Origin: Octopus sinensis | Lineage: Eukaryota | NCBI RefSeq assembly: GCF_006345805.1 | Contig: NC_043003.1 | Coordinates: forward strand, 89,900,001 to 89,964,000 | DNA: 64,000 bases | Direction of reading: 5' to 3' | Part shown: in pieces, positions 1-13,331 of the stretch | How the letters are laid out: the number at the start of each line of letters is the position of its first letter | Numbering within the stretch: the first letter of the stretch is position 1 | The notes under the pieces: generated by a model | Database searches by the model: none | What the model was told of the DNA's origin: nothing | What the model saw: the letters and a program-made list of their open reading frames with translations, nothing else | Program-made: the position numbers and the translations under genes

Positions 1-40
1 GTGGTAAGGCCCGTTCGCTTCTAATGTGTTGTAAATCAAA

Positions 41-478
41 GCAGCAAGCTGACAGAATCATTAGTGCATCAGATAATGTGCTTTGTGGCATTTCTTCCAT
101 CTCTTTGGGTTCTGAGTTCAAATTCTGTCAAGGTCAACTTTGCCTTTCATCCTTTTGAGGTCAATACAATAAGTACCATTTGAGCCCTGGGGTTGATATA
201 ATTGACTCAGCCCTTCCCCCTGAAATTGCTGGCCTTGTACCAAAATTTTAAACCATTTTAAAGCAGAGAGCTGGCAGAATTGTTAGTGTGCTGAACAACA
301 TATTTTGTGGAATTACTTCTGGCACGATGTTCTGAGTTCAAATTCCACTGTGGTTGATTTTTGCCTTTCATACTTTCATGGTCGATAAAATATGTATCAG
401 TTGAGCACAAGGGTTGACTTAATCGACTTATCCCCTCCCACTAAGATTGCTAGCCTTGTGCAAAAATTTTAAACCATT
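41..478 (+). mobile_element. Two tandem copies of a tRNA-derived SINE (family B)
   Basis: gcagc/agagctggcagaat...gttctgagttcaaatt (B-box-like)...ttgcctttcat...ttttaaaccatt occurs twice. Further copies at about 1845-2030 (+) and 13500-13870 (-, two). Confidence 0.75.
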
Positions 479-496
479 CTTTTTCTTTCTTTCTTA

Positions 497-626
497 TTTA
501 GCGTCCGTTTTCCATGCTAGCATGGGTTGGACGGTTCAACTGGGGTCTGGGGAGCCCGAAGGCTGCACCAGGCCAGTCAGATCTGGCAGTGTTTCTACAG
601 CTGGATGCCCTTCCTAACGCCAACTG
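497..626 (-). mobile_element. RTE-type 3' end fragment (or SINE sharing the RTE tail)
   Basis: tttccatgctagcatgggttggacgg...ctggatgcccttcctaacgccaac; same tail as the RTE LINEs at 6161 and 35026. Confidence 0.8.
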
Positions 627-724
627 TAGAAATGTATCTTAAATCACTGCCAGTTAAAAAAGAATTCTTAGTAAGCTTATTTGTTTCACTTTCAGAGAAA
701 CTAAAACTTTCTGAGATTTTAGAG

Positions 725-1479
725 CAGTTTTTCTCAACCAGGGTCCTTATGACCCTGGTGAGGGTTCATATAAGATTTTGTTGGTAAAATCCATGTGTAA
801 TAAATTGATTATACTTCTAGAATATGCAAAATATTTTAACAATTTTTTATATAGTTACTAATATTTAATTATAAAACTGTAAAGAGAACTGGTTGATTCT
901 TTACACCTTTTGGGTGCAACTTGGGTGCAACACAATTTCTTTTCTTTTTGTTTCCAGAAACTACCAGTCAGGAACCAAATGCAACTTTAAAAATATATAT
1001 GATTCTTTATTCTCTTAATTACAAATGAAGCACGTTGGTATATTGGTATCCACTTGGTTCAATATAGCAAGGCTGAATTTTATCATTTGTAAGATTCTTA
1101 CAACAAATTCAGCAGCAACAGAGCAGGTCAAATCCTAAGCATCTGGGACAGGAGAATGGCTGATCACACGTGTAAAAATACGTCCTTTCTCTTCAATAGC
1201 CGTGTCTCAAGTCAACGACGCTAACAATCCCCAGTCTCTAGCGCATGTGCATGAGGGAACTTCCTTATGCCTTTCCAGAAGGTTCCAGCCCCGCACACGC
1301 ACACTGAAGAATGACGTTCCGCACACGCATACTGAAGAATGACGTTGCGTGTGCGCACACTGGAAAATGACATCACTACAAAACTATAAGATTTTTTAAA
1401 TATCGAATGGCTATGAGGGTTCACCTGAGTAAAATAGGAATCAAAGGGGTGCATAGGTGAAAATGGTTGGAAGACACTG
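725..1479. mobile_element. Non-autonomous hAT (Charlie-like) element, 755 bp
   Basis: TIRs CAGTTTTTCTCAACC / GGTTGGAAGACACTG; perfect 8-bp TSD TTTTAGAG at 717-724 and 1480-1487. Confidence 0.88.
1301..1374. repeat. 28-bp tandem repeat, about 2.7 copies, inside the hAT element
   Basis: CCGCACACGCACACTGAAGAATGACGTT x2 plus a degenerate third copy. Confidence 0.85.
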
Positions 1480-4062
1480 TTTTAGAGTATAGAAGCATTT
1501 TTAACCCTTTACCAATTCAAAGCATTTTCATGAGTTTATCCTAAATGTCCATGCTTGTTTTCTGACTTTTAGCTTGCTCTGTGCAATATGTTGTTTTCCC
1601 TTCGTAAGTCCCAAGTTACTCTGGTTGTTGAAAAAAAACTGAGAATGTGTATCATATGATGCATGGACACCATGGAAATATTTTTGTGTACCATGTGTGA
1701 TATGCAGGGCAGGCAAGAGTGAAACAAAAATGTACCTGTGAAATTGATTTATGCCCCTGACATTATGTCCTTTATTAAATAATAAGAGCTCTGTTACTTT
1801 TATGAATCCATGTAAAAAGAGAAAGTAAAATGCTTTATATACTAACAGGCAAAATGCTTAGCAGTATTTCGTCTGTCTTTACATTCTGAGTTCAAATTTC
1901 ATTGAGTCGACTTTGCCTTTCATCCTTTTGGGGCTGATGAATTAAGTACCAGTTGTGTACTAGGGTTGATCTAATCGACTGGACCCCTCTCCAAAAATTT
2001 CAGGCTTTGTGCCTAGAGTAGAAAAGAATATTTTTATAACTATAAAGTACCTGCAAAGATTAAAGTGAAATGGTTATTTTGCAACAGGTGGTATTTTCTG
2101 TCATGGAGAGTTTATAATTTGTAATGATAATAATTTATTTACAACACTAATTACAATTCTGAGCAATACAATAGTATACAATACAAGCTTTAAAATAGCA
2201 TGTCTTACAATGCACCTATTCAGAGCACACACCATGACATCCATTTAAATAGTTATACTAAAATATTAAATAGTTGTTGGTTGAAATACTTGAAATCTCA
2301 TGCATACATCATTATCATCATTGTCATTATTTTAACATCCACTTTTTCATACATATATGGGTCAGATGGAATTCATTTAGGAAAGTTTTCTCCAGTATTG
2401 AATACTTTGTAAGATAAATTATCAATTTACTAAAATTATTTCTGAATCCAAAGAAGTTAGAAAAATTACTCTGTGGCAACTAGGGTCCAGCTCCAAATAA
2501 GACAATGAAGATAATGTCAAAAATTCTCCAAAATTGACATGACACTAAGAAAAAGACGGTCTGATAGTCTGAAGGCAAGAGGAAAGGATAGCTTCTATGT
2601 TATTTAATATATTTTTAATTGTCATTGTTCAAATATATGTCACTGGCCACTCTGAGTTATTTCTGTTAGCTCATTTTCATTTCATTTATGAAAATTACAT
2701 AAATGGCTGGAAGAATACATGGTAGGGGGTATGAGGGCATAGAAGGAGCAATAGACAGGTTGGGGAGATGTATGTAGAATAGAAAGGCAAGCAGGTTGCA
2801 TGCAATATTCTATATTTCACAAAGTATTTTGCCAAGCTTGCCAGAGAGGTTGGGTCTTCTGCAGCACTACATATCATTAATCAACACTGTCTTCTCTACC
2901 CTCTGTCAGTATGGGATCATTTTTTTCATTAACTCATCCCATGTCTTCTTCAGTCTCCCTCTGTCAGTATGGGATCATTTATTTTGAGTGTTTAGAACTT
3001 GCTCATGTAGCTATCATTCTTTATGAATACCCCACACGTCCATACCATCACACTTTCCTGTCTTGCATGTTACATCTGATCCACGCTATACTTAGTTTTG
3101 TTTTGCAATTCATCTTCTGTGGAAACAATGTTTGATCATGGGAAATATTACCTTACCTGGAAGCCAGTGTGGGTTGGCGACAGAAGGGGCACCCTGCCAT
3201 AGGAAATCCACCTCAGCAAATTATGTCCTATCCATACAATTTTGGAAAAGTGGATGTTAAACAATGATTACACACATATGTGGCAGAGAAATAGTTTGAT
3301 GAAATTTTATTTAACAATAAGAAAATTCTAATATCACGAGAAATTGTTTCGTAACTTGAAAACATGAAAATAATTTATATCCTTATACTTAATAATAAAT
3401 AAATTACTTACATGTCTGCATTAATGCAAAATGCAAAAAATCCTTCAAAATAATGCAATGACAAAGGAATAAAAAATTATCTTATGAACTTCATTAGCTT
3501 ATATTTGTTTCTGCTATAAGCTGCAATGGATTCATTGTTGAATGCCTGAGTAACATCTTATAGCTTCATTGGAGCCTTGAATATGAAGTGCAGTTTATTT
3601 GGGAAAAGAATTACATTTGTGCATATATATAGGAGAAAGCATTACCAATGAGAAAGCAAACATGTATGTGGAGAAGGAAAATCAAGGGCTCTTCCCATAA
3701 ATATAACAAGATTATCTTTTAAAGTGTATATAAAGAAGGGTACATTCAGATTTAGATAAACGGTAATTAGATCTAACAGTAAAATTATATGTACATGCAC
3801 ACACACACACTCTCATACATATGTATGTATGTACTTACAGAAAATCTGCGAGATAATTCAAATTATTAAAATCTATTTTTTACTAAATGTAACCTGTTAT
3901 TTAAAACACTAATCTCTCCTTTTTAAATACTGCTATCAGAGTAATGCTCAGGGATTTTATCAAAATAATATGACAGGTGGATGTGATTTAAGAGAGAACT
4001 GCCTGCTATTTCAAACATGTCTAGCTATTACAAAGAGGTGTCATTCATGGTTCATACATATA

Positions 4063-4130
<68 letters not shown>

Positions 4131-4265
4131 TGAAAAAAAATTATGATTTAAGGGAGATTTGGCTGCTATTGATTCATACAAACATTAAATAGTAGGGTAT
4201 TGTTTGAGGGAAATTTGTTTACATATTGCTGAGTACACTAAGAGTAACCTTGTTATATGATTTAA

Positions 4266-4487
4266 CACTTTAGCATTCAGATTATTCTTGTCATATCTAA
4301 TACTTGTTTATTCATATTGTTTTGAATTAATTATGCATTATCTCATAGCTTTGAGATTTCAATGAAGTGATTGTTTATTTTTAGAAAGACCTCATAGGGT
4401 AGGTGTGAGAGACCAGAACTGGCCACTTTGAACATGAGATAGGTAGAATATTTTTGAAGGGTATGGCTGGTTTAAATGCAAAAAGGT
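4266..4487. mobile_element. piggyBac-type MITE family A
   Basis: TTAA|CACTTTAGCATT ... AATGCAAAAAGGT|TTAA; opposite orientation to the 14384 copy. Confidence 0.75.
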
Positions 4488-6160
4488 TTAAGTGGGGATG
4501 ACATTTTTTTTTATTTTGCTGGGTCTTGAGGAAGAGGCAGTGACCCTTGTAGACTCTAAAACTCTGGTGAGATTGATCCCATTAACGTTTTGTTTCACCA
4601 GTTGCAAGGTAACACCTGCCAGAAAGATGTGATAAGGAATGAGATGTTAGAGGAATGATGTTCTGGGGGAGGAAGGACTAGGTGTAGTGGTTTCTATGGG
4701 ACCTGGTGGACTTGACACAATAAGGAAAAGATTAGGGGGTCAAGAATGAAGGAGGTTCAAGTTCAGCTGGCTTAAAGGAACAGAGGACATAATAATGATA
4801 GAAAAAGCAGAGAGAGAGAGGAGAGACAGTGCACCTGTGGGTCAGAGGTTGGAACATATCTGTGAGTGATTTTGTGCTGCCAGTCAGTACTGTACAGTAG
4901 TACTCATTCTCAGGATATAGTCCTATATATGTATATCCATGCATGTGTGCACACACACACCACTGGCTCCCATCTACCAAATCAACTCTCAATGCTTTAT
5001 TTAATTCTGGACTAGCTATAATAGAAGACATCTGCTCAAGATGCCACACAATGGGTCTGAACTCAAAACTATGTGGTTGGGGAGCAAACTTCCTTAACAC
5101 ACGACTATTTTCTGCACCTGTTCAAACATCAGTAACAGTGATTGTGTGATAATTTTCATAATGTTGATTTTACACTAGGCACACTTTTACAATAAAGTTT
5201 CAAAGCTCACTTTCAATGTTATTCTCTGATTTCTTTACAATATATGAACTGCTTTTTTTTTAGTTCAGCAGTTAAGATCAATGTAATTTAAACTCTTTTT
5301 CTTCCAAGCATTTCAATTCTAAAGAAAAAATTGCATGTTATACACAAGAGTCATTCTTTTTTTTTTTTCCTGACTTTTCATTACCCATAATTAGACCCAT
5401 ACATTATACATAAATAAATAAGGTAATTAATTAACAATAAAAGAATCTACTTTTCTGAAAGAGAAGAGGTCAGAGGGAAAATATTTTAATGATGCAATAG
5501 GTTAACAGTATTGGAAGATTGTGTATGTAGAAAAGGAAGGAAGAGAAAACAGACTAAATATAGCTGAGATGAAAGTGAGGAATAAAAGAAAAGGTGAGGC
5601 ATTATTAAAAATGTATTGTTTTTGTTTCAGTTAATAATGAAGTATTTATTCAAATAACTTGTCATTATCAAGCTGGTGTTTGGAACATAAATTAACATGA
5701 AATTTTAATGGAAAATTTTAATTTAGATCACTATAAGATAGGAAGTTTTCTCAGGCAAATTGGTATCAAAAACAGGAGGGTTCTGGAAAGAACAGGTGGT
5801 TAAATAATCAGTTGTTAGATAAATAGGAAAGTAAATAGCAGACATCATCAAGTTGTAAAGTGATAACAAGAAAACTTAATAAAATCTGGTAAGTGAAACT
5901 AATTAATGAGGGGTTGGAAGAAGTAATTACACAATATGGAGAAAATTAGGGATGTAATGTGAAACCAATTGGGAGGGTTCTGAAAAAAAAATGTTAAATA
6001 ATATAGAAAAGATTGTTAAATAAAACAAAAATAGATTTCAGGGTGTAAAGGACACTAACAATGATGGTGTAGGTCTCCATCATTTCACTATGAGGATTCA
6101 GTTGTTCAATTAACTGAATTGACATGTAAATGGCTGAATTCCACAGGTACATGTCATAAG

Positions 6161-8720
6161 ATCATCATCGATTAAGTCTGCTTTCCATGCTGAATAGGTT
6201 GGATGGTTTGACTGAGGATTAGCAAGCCAGGAGGCTGCACCAGGCTCCAGTCTGATCTGGCAAGGTTACTACAGCTGGATGCCCTTCCTAACGCCAACCA
6301 CTCCAAGAGTGTAATGGGTGCTTTTTACATGGCACAAGAGCCAGTCAGGCGGCACTGGCATAGACCATGCTCAAGTGGTACTTTTTACGTGCCACTGGCA
6401 TTGACCACACTCGAATAGTACTTTTTACATTCCACTGGCATGGGAGCCAGTCTAGCAGCACTGGCATCAACCATGCTCACATGGTGCTTTTTATGTGCCA
6501 CTGGCATTGACTATGCTTGAATGGTGTTTTTTAGGTGCCACCAACATGGGTGTCAGGCAGTACTGGCATCGGCCATGACAATGATTTCACTTGACTCAAC
6601 AGGTTTTCTCAAGCACAGTATATCTCCAAAGGTCTTGGTTGCTTGCCATTGCCTCTGTGAGGCCCAACGTTTGAAGATTGTGATTTACTATCTCATCTTA
6701 GGTCTTCTTGGGTCTACCTCTTCCACAGGTTCCCTCAACTGTTAAGGTGTGACACTTCTTCACATAGCTGTTCTCATCCATATGTAACACATGACCATAC
6801 CAGCACAGTTATCTCTTTTGCATACCACATTTGATGCTTCTTATGTCCAACTTTCCTCTCAGGATGCTTACACTCTGTCGTGTTATGCACACTAACTTTA
6901 CACATCCAGTGGAGCAAACTAGCTTCATTTCTTTCAAGCCTACACATGTCCTCAGCAGTCACAGCCCATATTTCACTGCTGTGTTGCATGGCTGTGTGCA
7001 CATACGCATCAAACAGTCTACCTTTCACTCTGAGCAAGAGGCTCTTTGTTACCAGCAGATGTAGGAGCCCTCTGAACTTTGCCCAGGCTATTCTTATTCT
7101 AGCAGCTATGCTTTCAGAGTACCCCCCCCCCCACTGCTACTGACTTTGTCATTTAGATAACAGAAGCTATCAACTACTTCTAGTTTTTTTCCCTGGCATA
7201 TGATGGAAGCTGTTTTCTGTACATTTTCAGTGTTTATTGCCCCTGTGCATCTGTCACACAAAAACTATCTTCACAGTTAACCTTCTTTTGATATTACTGC
7301 ACCTATTATGTGTCCATAGCTTACACTGGGTACATCTTATGGAGTTTCTACCTACACCTTTTCTATAGATTGAGCAGAGCCATCTACCTGAAAGGATTTG
7401 TGATTTGTCTGCCTCCTTACTATGACTTTGGTTTTTGCTAGATTGACTCTCTGGCCCTTCGATTCTAGACCTTGATTCCACACCTGAAACTTCTCCTCTA
7501 GTTCTGATAGTGACTCAGCAATTAGAGCAAGGTCATCAGCATAGAGGAGCTCTCAGGGGTTTCCCGTCTTGAATTCCTCCGTTATTGCCTGGAGGACTAT
7601 GATGAATAAGAGGGGGCTGAGGATTGATATTTGGTGGACCCCTACTCCTACCTGGGATTCTTCATTATACTTGTTGCCAACTCTCACCTTACTGACAGTA
7701 TCCCTGAACATGGCTTGTACAGCTCTCACCAACCACTCATCTATCCCAAGTTTCCACATTGACCACCAGGTAAGGAATCAGGGGACCCTGTCAAAGGCTT
7801 TCTCCATGTCAACAAAAGCCAAGTACAGAGGTTTATCTTTGGTTAGATATTTCTCCTGCAGCTGTCTTATCAGAAATATAGCACCAGTGGTGTTTATCCC
7901 TGGCACAAACCCAAACTGCATTTCGTCTAAACTAACTCTCTTCCTAATCAGTTGGGCTTTAGCCCTGATCCTGAAGTCACTAACTACTAACCCATATTAT
8001 GGGCTGTATTCTTCACCCAGGAAGGTTTTGGCATTTATAAGTAGCCATCTTCCATTTTTCTTGGTGAGAATATAATCAATCTGACTAGTGTACCCACCAG
8101 ACTGGTAAATGAACAGGTGACTGGCAGGTTTCCTGAAGTTAATATTACAGATCATAAGATCACTTGCATCAGAGAACTCCAGCAGCCTGATTCCTTCCTC
8201 GTTGCAGGAACCAAATCCGTTGCCTCTATGTATACCATGGAAGCTCCTTGGATGTTGTTGTCCAACATGCCCATTGGAGTCACCAGCCACAAAGAGAAGG
8301 TCCCTGTCATTCATCGATGATGTAGTCTGCAAGAGGGTGTCATAAAATTAGTTTCTCTGTTCATCAGGGTCGCCCTGGCTGAGAGGCATAAACTGAGATA
8401 ATAGTTGCTAATCCATGTTGCAGCACTAATCTAAGCTTTAGTATTCTATCACAGGCTCTGATTACCTCGATTACCTTATCAACCCATTTCTCCACACAAG
8501 AAGTATACCCACACCCCCAACCCCAACAGTGTTCCCTACCCAGGAAGTCTTATACCTATGTTCTTTGCCTGTGAGAAACCTAGCAGAACTTCCTCTCCAC
8601 CTTACTTCTTGGATGTAGTACGAATCTACTCATCTCCATTCAAGCATCTCAACAATCTCACCAGACCTACCTTTCAATGTACTCTTAACAATTCTCAGGA
8701 AGAATCAGTGTGTGTGTGTG
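6161..8720 (-). mobile_element. Degenerate RTE LINE with internal deletion (endonuclease remnant, RT C-terminal part, 3' UTR, (TGA)n tail)
   Basis: Fragments DRDLLFVAGDSNGHVG (APE), [30 protein letters not shown] (RT), LRVKGRLFDAYVHTAMQHSSEIWAV; many stops. Confidence 0.9.
6350..6560. repeat. About 37-bp minisatellite in the RTE 3' UTR
   Basis: Unit like cactggcattgaccacgctcgaatggtgctttttacgtgc, about 4-5 interrupted copies. Confidence 0.75.
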
Positions 8721-9169
8721 TGACAAATCATTTAGGAGTAAAATTTGATTGACATAAACTGTACATATGTGTTTTCCTTGTCTGTCTTTACATTGATGCT
8801 GCTCAAAAGCTGTTCTTCTTTGCTATGATCGACAGTATTTTGATTAAATAAATGATATTAATAAGTACCAGACCCATAAGTAAGTACTTGGCTTTATATG
8901 AATGTCTAAACCTTTCACCTTTCAAAGCAAAGCTTCAACATGTAAAAGAAAATAATGATACATATGATGCTTGATACAAATGTTCACCTGCAAGGCAATA
9001 TTTTCCCATAGCTAGACATATCCAGTCTTCTGTGAAAAACTTGTTTATGGGAAAATATTTCTTTGCTTGGAAACAGGTGAGGGTTGGTGACAGGAGGGGC
9101 ATCCAGCCATAGAGAATCTGCCTCGACAAATTCTGTCTGACCCATAAAGCATGGAAAAGTATATATATA

Positions 9170-9200
<31 letters not shown>

Positions 9201-9293
9201 GCATGTATTAAAAGAAATGAGGTACTCAGGAATTCGGATGGTTTTATATTTACAGATATTTATTTGTATATTACATGTTTTTATACATCATAT

Positions 9294-9355
9294 AACTTAG
9301 ATCATGTATTAGCGCTTTCTCCCATTCTAGTGGGGTTTTCAAATCAAACTAAGTT
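9294..9355 (-). ncRNA. Candidate minimal type I hammerhead ribozyme (U3:A8 variant)
   Basis: Minus strand: aacttag-tttgat-TTGAAAA-C-CCCA-ctagaa-TGGG-A-GAAA-GCGC-TA-atacatgat-ctaagtt. Confidence 0.45.
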
Positions 9356-9367
9356 CCTGTGTAAAAA

Positions 9368-9840
9368 GTTTTGACTATTTTATAATGTTATTGAGTGTGT
9401 AGTGGTGGGGAGGGATATAAGACAGTACAAGAGGGTGATGGATGAGGAGAAAGTGAGAGAGAGAGAGTGTGTGCGTGTGTGTGTGTTTTTGTATTTGGAA
9501 GAAGTGTTAAAGAAAAAGAGGGGAAGAAGAAGAAAAAAATTTTGTTCTGCTGGACAGGATGTTTACTCCAAGGGGGATCTAAGATCTTGGGGGAAAAGAA
9601 TTTAAGTTTTGACCATTTCATAGTGTTATTGAGTGTGTAGTGGCGGGGAGGGACATAAGAAGGTAGACCATAAATTATATTTCCTTTTTATCATTGTGAG
9701 AGAGTGTATATGTGTGTGTGTGTTTAATGAGGGATGGTCAAATGGTTTTTGGGTTTTAGAGAAGAAGAATTCTTTTTATTATTGTTTTGTGGAGGTGTGT
9801 GTGTGTGGGGGGGGTGTCTGTGAGTTTGGAGAAGGGAAGA
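9368..9840. repeat. Diverged 238-bp-period tandem repeat, 2 units
   Basis: gttttgac(t/c)attt...gttattgagtgtgtagtgg.ggggaggga at 9368 and 9606. Confidence 0.75.
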
Positions 9841-10701
9841 AAGGAAAAGAAGAAAAAAAAGGAAGAAGAAATAATTGTGTTGATATTTATACCACTATAT
9901 ATATATACACTAAATGCTACACTATGTTAAATTGTAAATTGAAAGATTTGTCCTTCAATGTATGATGAGCAAAATTTCATAAGGTCCATACTTGAAAACG
10001 AGACTTTCTTGTATTGAAGTTACAGATGACAGAATACAAACTGACAACTACTGAGTCTGTTGTCTGATCTTCAATTGATTTAGTCTAATATCTCACTGAT
10101 TGACAGTTAAATAAATATTAAGTTTTATCATACAGGAGTAACTGGTTCCACAAATAAAAGTGAAATGGTTTCATTCAAATATTAGAATATCCTTTGTTCA
10201 ATATTGTATTTTCAAAAATCAAAACATATGTGTAGAACTCTGTGTGTGTGTGTTTAATACAGTTTACTTAACAAATTTGGTCCTTCATTTGGTACAGCTT
10301 ATTATAGAGATATTTTCAGCCATTCAATTCGGGGGAGAACTTAGTTATGAAATATTTTTCCATATTCCTCCTGAAGGAGGTGTCATTCTTTGGACAAAGG
10401 GACAGATCTTAAATTTTTCTTCTCCACATGTATCTAGATGTTTACTCAGTGGTATCTTGCGCAGTTCTTCATATATGTATGTATGTATTTGTGTTTTAGC
10501 CATTGGACTGTTGCCCTGCTGGGCTATCTCCTTGAAGGGCTTAGTCATTCAAATCAGCTGCAGTACTTATTTTAAGTCTGGTACTTGTTCTATTGGTCTC
10601 TTCCTACTGAACCACTAAGTGATAGGAATAAAAAAAAATCAATGCCAAGTGTATCAAGTGATGAAAGACAAAGTTATGTGTGCATGCACACGCATGCGCG
10701 T

Positions 10702-10745
<44 letters not shown>

Positions 10746-10788
10746 GAAACTTCCACACAGTTTCCTTCTACCAAATACACATAGAAAG

Positions 10789-10925
10789 TTCCATGCTTCT
10801 CAAAACTTGCCAATTCTGTTCCAGATGTGCCAATACCCCTTTTCTTCTTTATGGCTCTTTTACTGTTCACTTTTCCATCGTGTTTTATTCAGTGTACTAT
10901 GCATGCCCTTTTGAAGACTTTTTAA
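10789..10925. repeat. Copy 1 of a perfect 137-bp inverted duplication
   Basis: 137/137 identical to the reverse complement of 13195-13331 (checked base by base). Confidence 0.97.
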
Positions 10926-11032
10926 ATTGGCTTAGAGCTCTAGAAAAAGACAGTTTCTCCATGTGCCATGTAATGTGACCGAATCCCAAGCTAGGTGTAA
11001 AACATACTTTTCGACCGCACAACCACACTTAT

Positions 11033-11165
<133 letters not shown>

Positions 11166-11166
11166 A

Positions 11167-11504
11167 GGCGCATGGCTCAGTGGTTAGAGCGTCGAGCTTA
11201 CGATCGTGAGGTTGTGAGCTCGAATCCCGGACCGGGCTGCGTGTTGTGTTCTTGAGCAAAACACTTTATTTCACGTTGCTCCAGTTCACTCAGCTGTAGA
11301 AATGAGTTGCGACGTCACTGGTTCCAAGCTGTATCGACCTTTGTCTTTCCCTTGGATAACACTGGTGGCGTGGAGAGGGGAGGCTGGTATGCATGGGCGA
11401 CTGCTGGCCTTCCATAAACAACCTTGCCCGGACTTGTGTCTAGGAGGGTAACTTTCTAGGTGCAATCCCATGGTCATTCATGACCGAAGGGGGTCTTTAC
11501 CCTT
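11167..11504 (+). mobile_element. Young tRNA-derived SINE (family C) with Meta/MESC-like central domain, inserted in (TA)n
   Basis: A box TGGCTCAGTGG, B box GCTCGAATCCC, CpGs retained; central gtgttcttgagcaaaacacttt...ctccagttcactcagctg. The domain name is from recall. Confidence 0.85.
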
Positions 11505-12237
11505 ATATATATATACTATTAATGTGTCACTAATTTATGATCTATTGAATTACATCATAGATACATTATATATGCCAATTGGTCAGTTTATTTAAACCCT
11601 TGGTTATGGTAGTCTTATAAACAGTAGGTACAGGCACAGCTGTGGAATAAGAAGTTTTGCGTCCCAACCACATGGTTTCAGGTTCAGTCCCATTGTATGA
11701 CACCTTGAACAAGTGTCTGCTACTATAGCCCTGGGTCAGCCAAAACCTTGTGAGTGAATTTGGTAGATGGAAACTGAAAGAAGACCATTATATATGTATG
11801 TTTGTTTGGGTCTCTTTGGATCACATGATAGTTGTAAAATGATTGTCATACAAGTAGTTTCACTCATTTTCAATATTCTGCAAGAATAGTTGGCCTTGTT
11901 TCGAAACAGGTGAGGGTTGGTGACGGAAAGGGCATCCAGCTGTAGAAAATCTTTTTCAATAAACTCAGTCTAACCCATGCAGGCATGGAAAAGTGGGTGT
12001 TAAAGTGTTGATGATGATATCTCCATGAATAGTGAAAGTCTTTTGTTGATAAAACCCCAGCATGGGACTGAAATTAGTCAAGTTGGTCTCTCTTTCACTA
12101 TCCACAAATATATCATATACAGCCAAGATGTTTTCATCTGTCTCAGCATTGTGTTAACTTCAAAATCTATAGATATATTTTGCGAATGTACTTATACTTT
12201 TGAAAGGTTTAGAAAATATGAATACATGCTATCTTAA

Positions 12238-12530
12238 CTCTTCAACATTTAAACTAGCTCTATCCCACCCAAGTATTCTACCCATTTTATATTCAAGCTG
12301 GACACATCCAGCTATTCACTCCTACCAGAAGTTTTAGCATTTAAACAAGCCATATCCAACCCAAATATTCTACCTGTTTTATGTTTAAAATGGCCAGAGT
12401 TGGCCCCTCATACATAACCTTCAATATCATTCTAAATATAAACCTTGAAACCATAAGATGATACATGGTTAATTCAAAACAATGTGAATAAATAAGTTTT
12501 ACGTTTGACAGTAATTTGATTGCTAGAGAG
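12238..12530. mobile_element. piggyBac-type MITE family A
   Basis: TTAA|CTCTTCAACATTTAAAC ... TTGCTAGAGAG|TTAA. Confidence 0.75.
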
Positions 12531-12869
12531 TTAAACATGGTAAATGAATACAATCCAAGGACATTAATGATTTTCAACATAAAGTCATACAAATAGTTCG
12601 CTATGCAATTAGAATCTGATTTATAATTTACTTTAATTACCTATTTTAGAATGGTAATGATAGTAATAATAAATACATGTAGCATTTTGGATGTTGTTTG
12701 TCATCATAGCAGCTTATCACTGAACTCAATAAATACAATTCCTGCTACTCTAATTATCATTCTCAAATTAAAAATGGAAAGAAACTTCAGCTTAATTTTT
12801 AAGCTGTTGAATTTCAACTCTGTCCAAATCTTATTGAAAAATTTCCATTGAATCAAACTACAACACAGT

Positions 12870-13194
12870 CAATACCTTATCCACTCAAGTTCTTCTAGGT
12901 GCCAGTATGGCTGTGTGATAAGATGCTTGTTTCCCAACCACTTGGTTCCAGGTCCAGTTCCACTGCGTGGTAACTTGGCCAAGTGTCTTCTACTATAGCC
13001 CCAAGTTGACCAAAGCCTCGTGAAGTAGATTTGAGATGGAAACTGAAAAAAGCCTGTTGTGTGTGTGTGTGTTTGCCCCCCTCCCCACCACCCAACTAGT
13101 GCTGATGTGCTTACATCCCAGTAACTTAGTGATTTGGCAAAAGGTACCAATAGAATAAGTACCAGGCTTTAAAAAATGAAGTTGATACATTCTA
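12870..13194 (+). mobile_element. SINE family A, 3'-truncated at the inverted duplication
   Basis: ggctgtgtgataagatgcttg...ggttccaggtccagttccc...ggaaactgaaaaaagcc...aataagtaccaggc. Confidence 0.8.
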
Positions 13195-13331
13195 TTAAAA
13201 AGTCTTCAAAAGGGCATGCATAGTACACTGAATAAAACACGATGGAAAAGTGAACAGTAAAAGAGCCATAAAGAAGAAAAGGGGTATTGGCACATCTGGA
13301 ACAGAATTGGCAAGTTTTGAGAAGCATGGAA
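13195..13331. repeat. Copy 2 of the perfect 137-bp inverted duplication
   Basis: Reverse complement of 10789-10925. Confidence 0.97.

Noticed and set aside
1301-1374. CRISPR-like repeats or a hammerhead (CTGAAGA...GAAA)
   Set aside because: There are no spacers and the context is eukaryotic. Helix II does not abut the core and helices I and III do not form.
9930-10090. Minus-strand TLKDKSFNLQFNI as a Penelope endonuclease remnant
   Set aside because: The similarity is too weak to call by eye; noted only as possible context for the 9294 hammerhead.
11167-11240. tRNA gene
   Set aside because: A and B boxes are present but it continues into a SINE body and lacks a proper acceptor stem.
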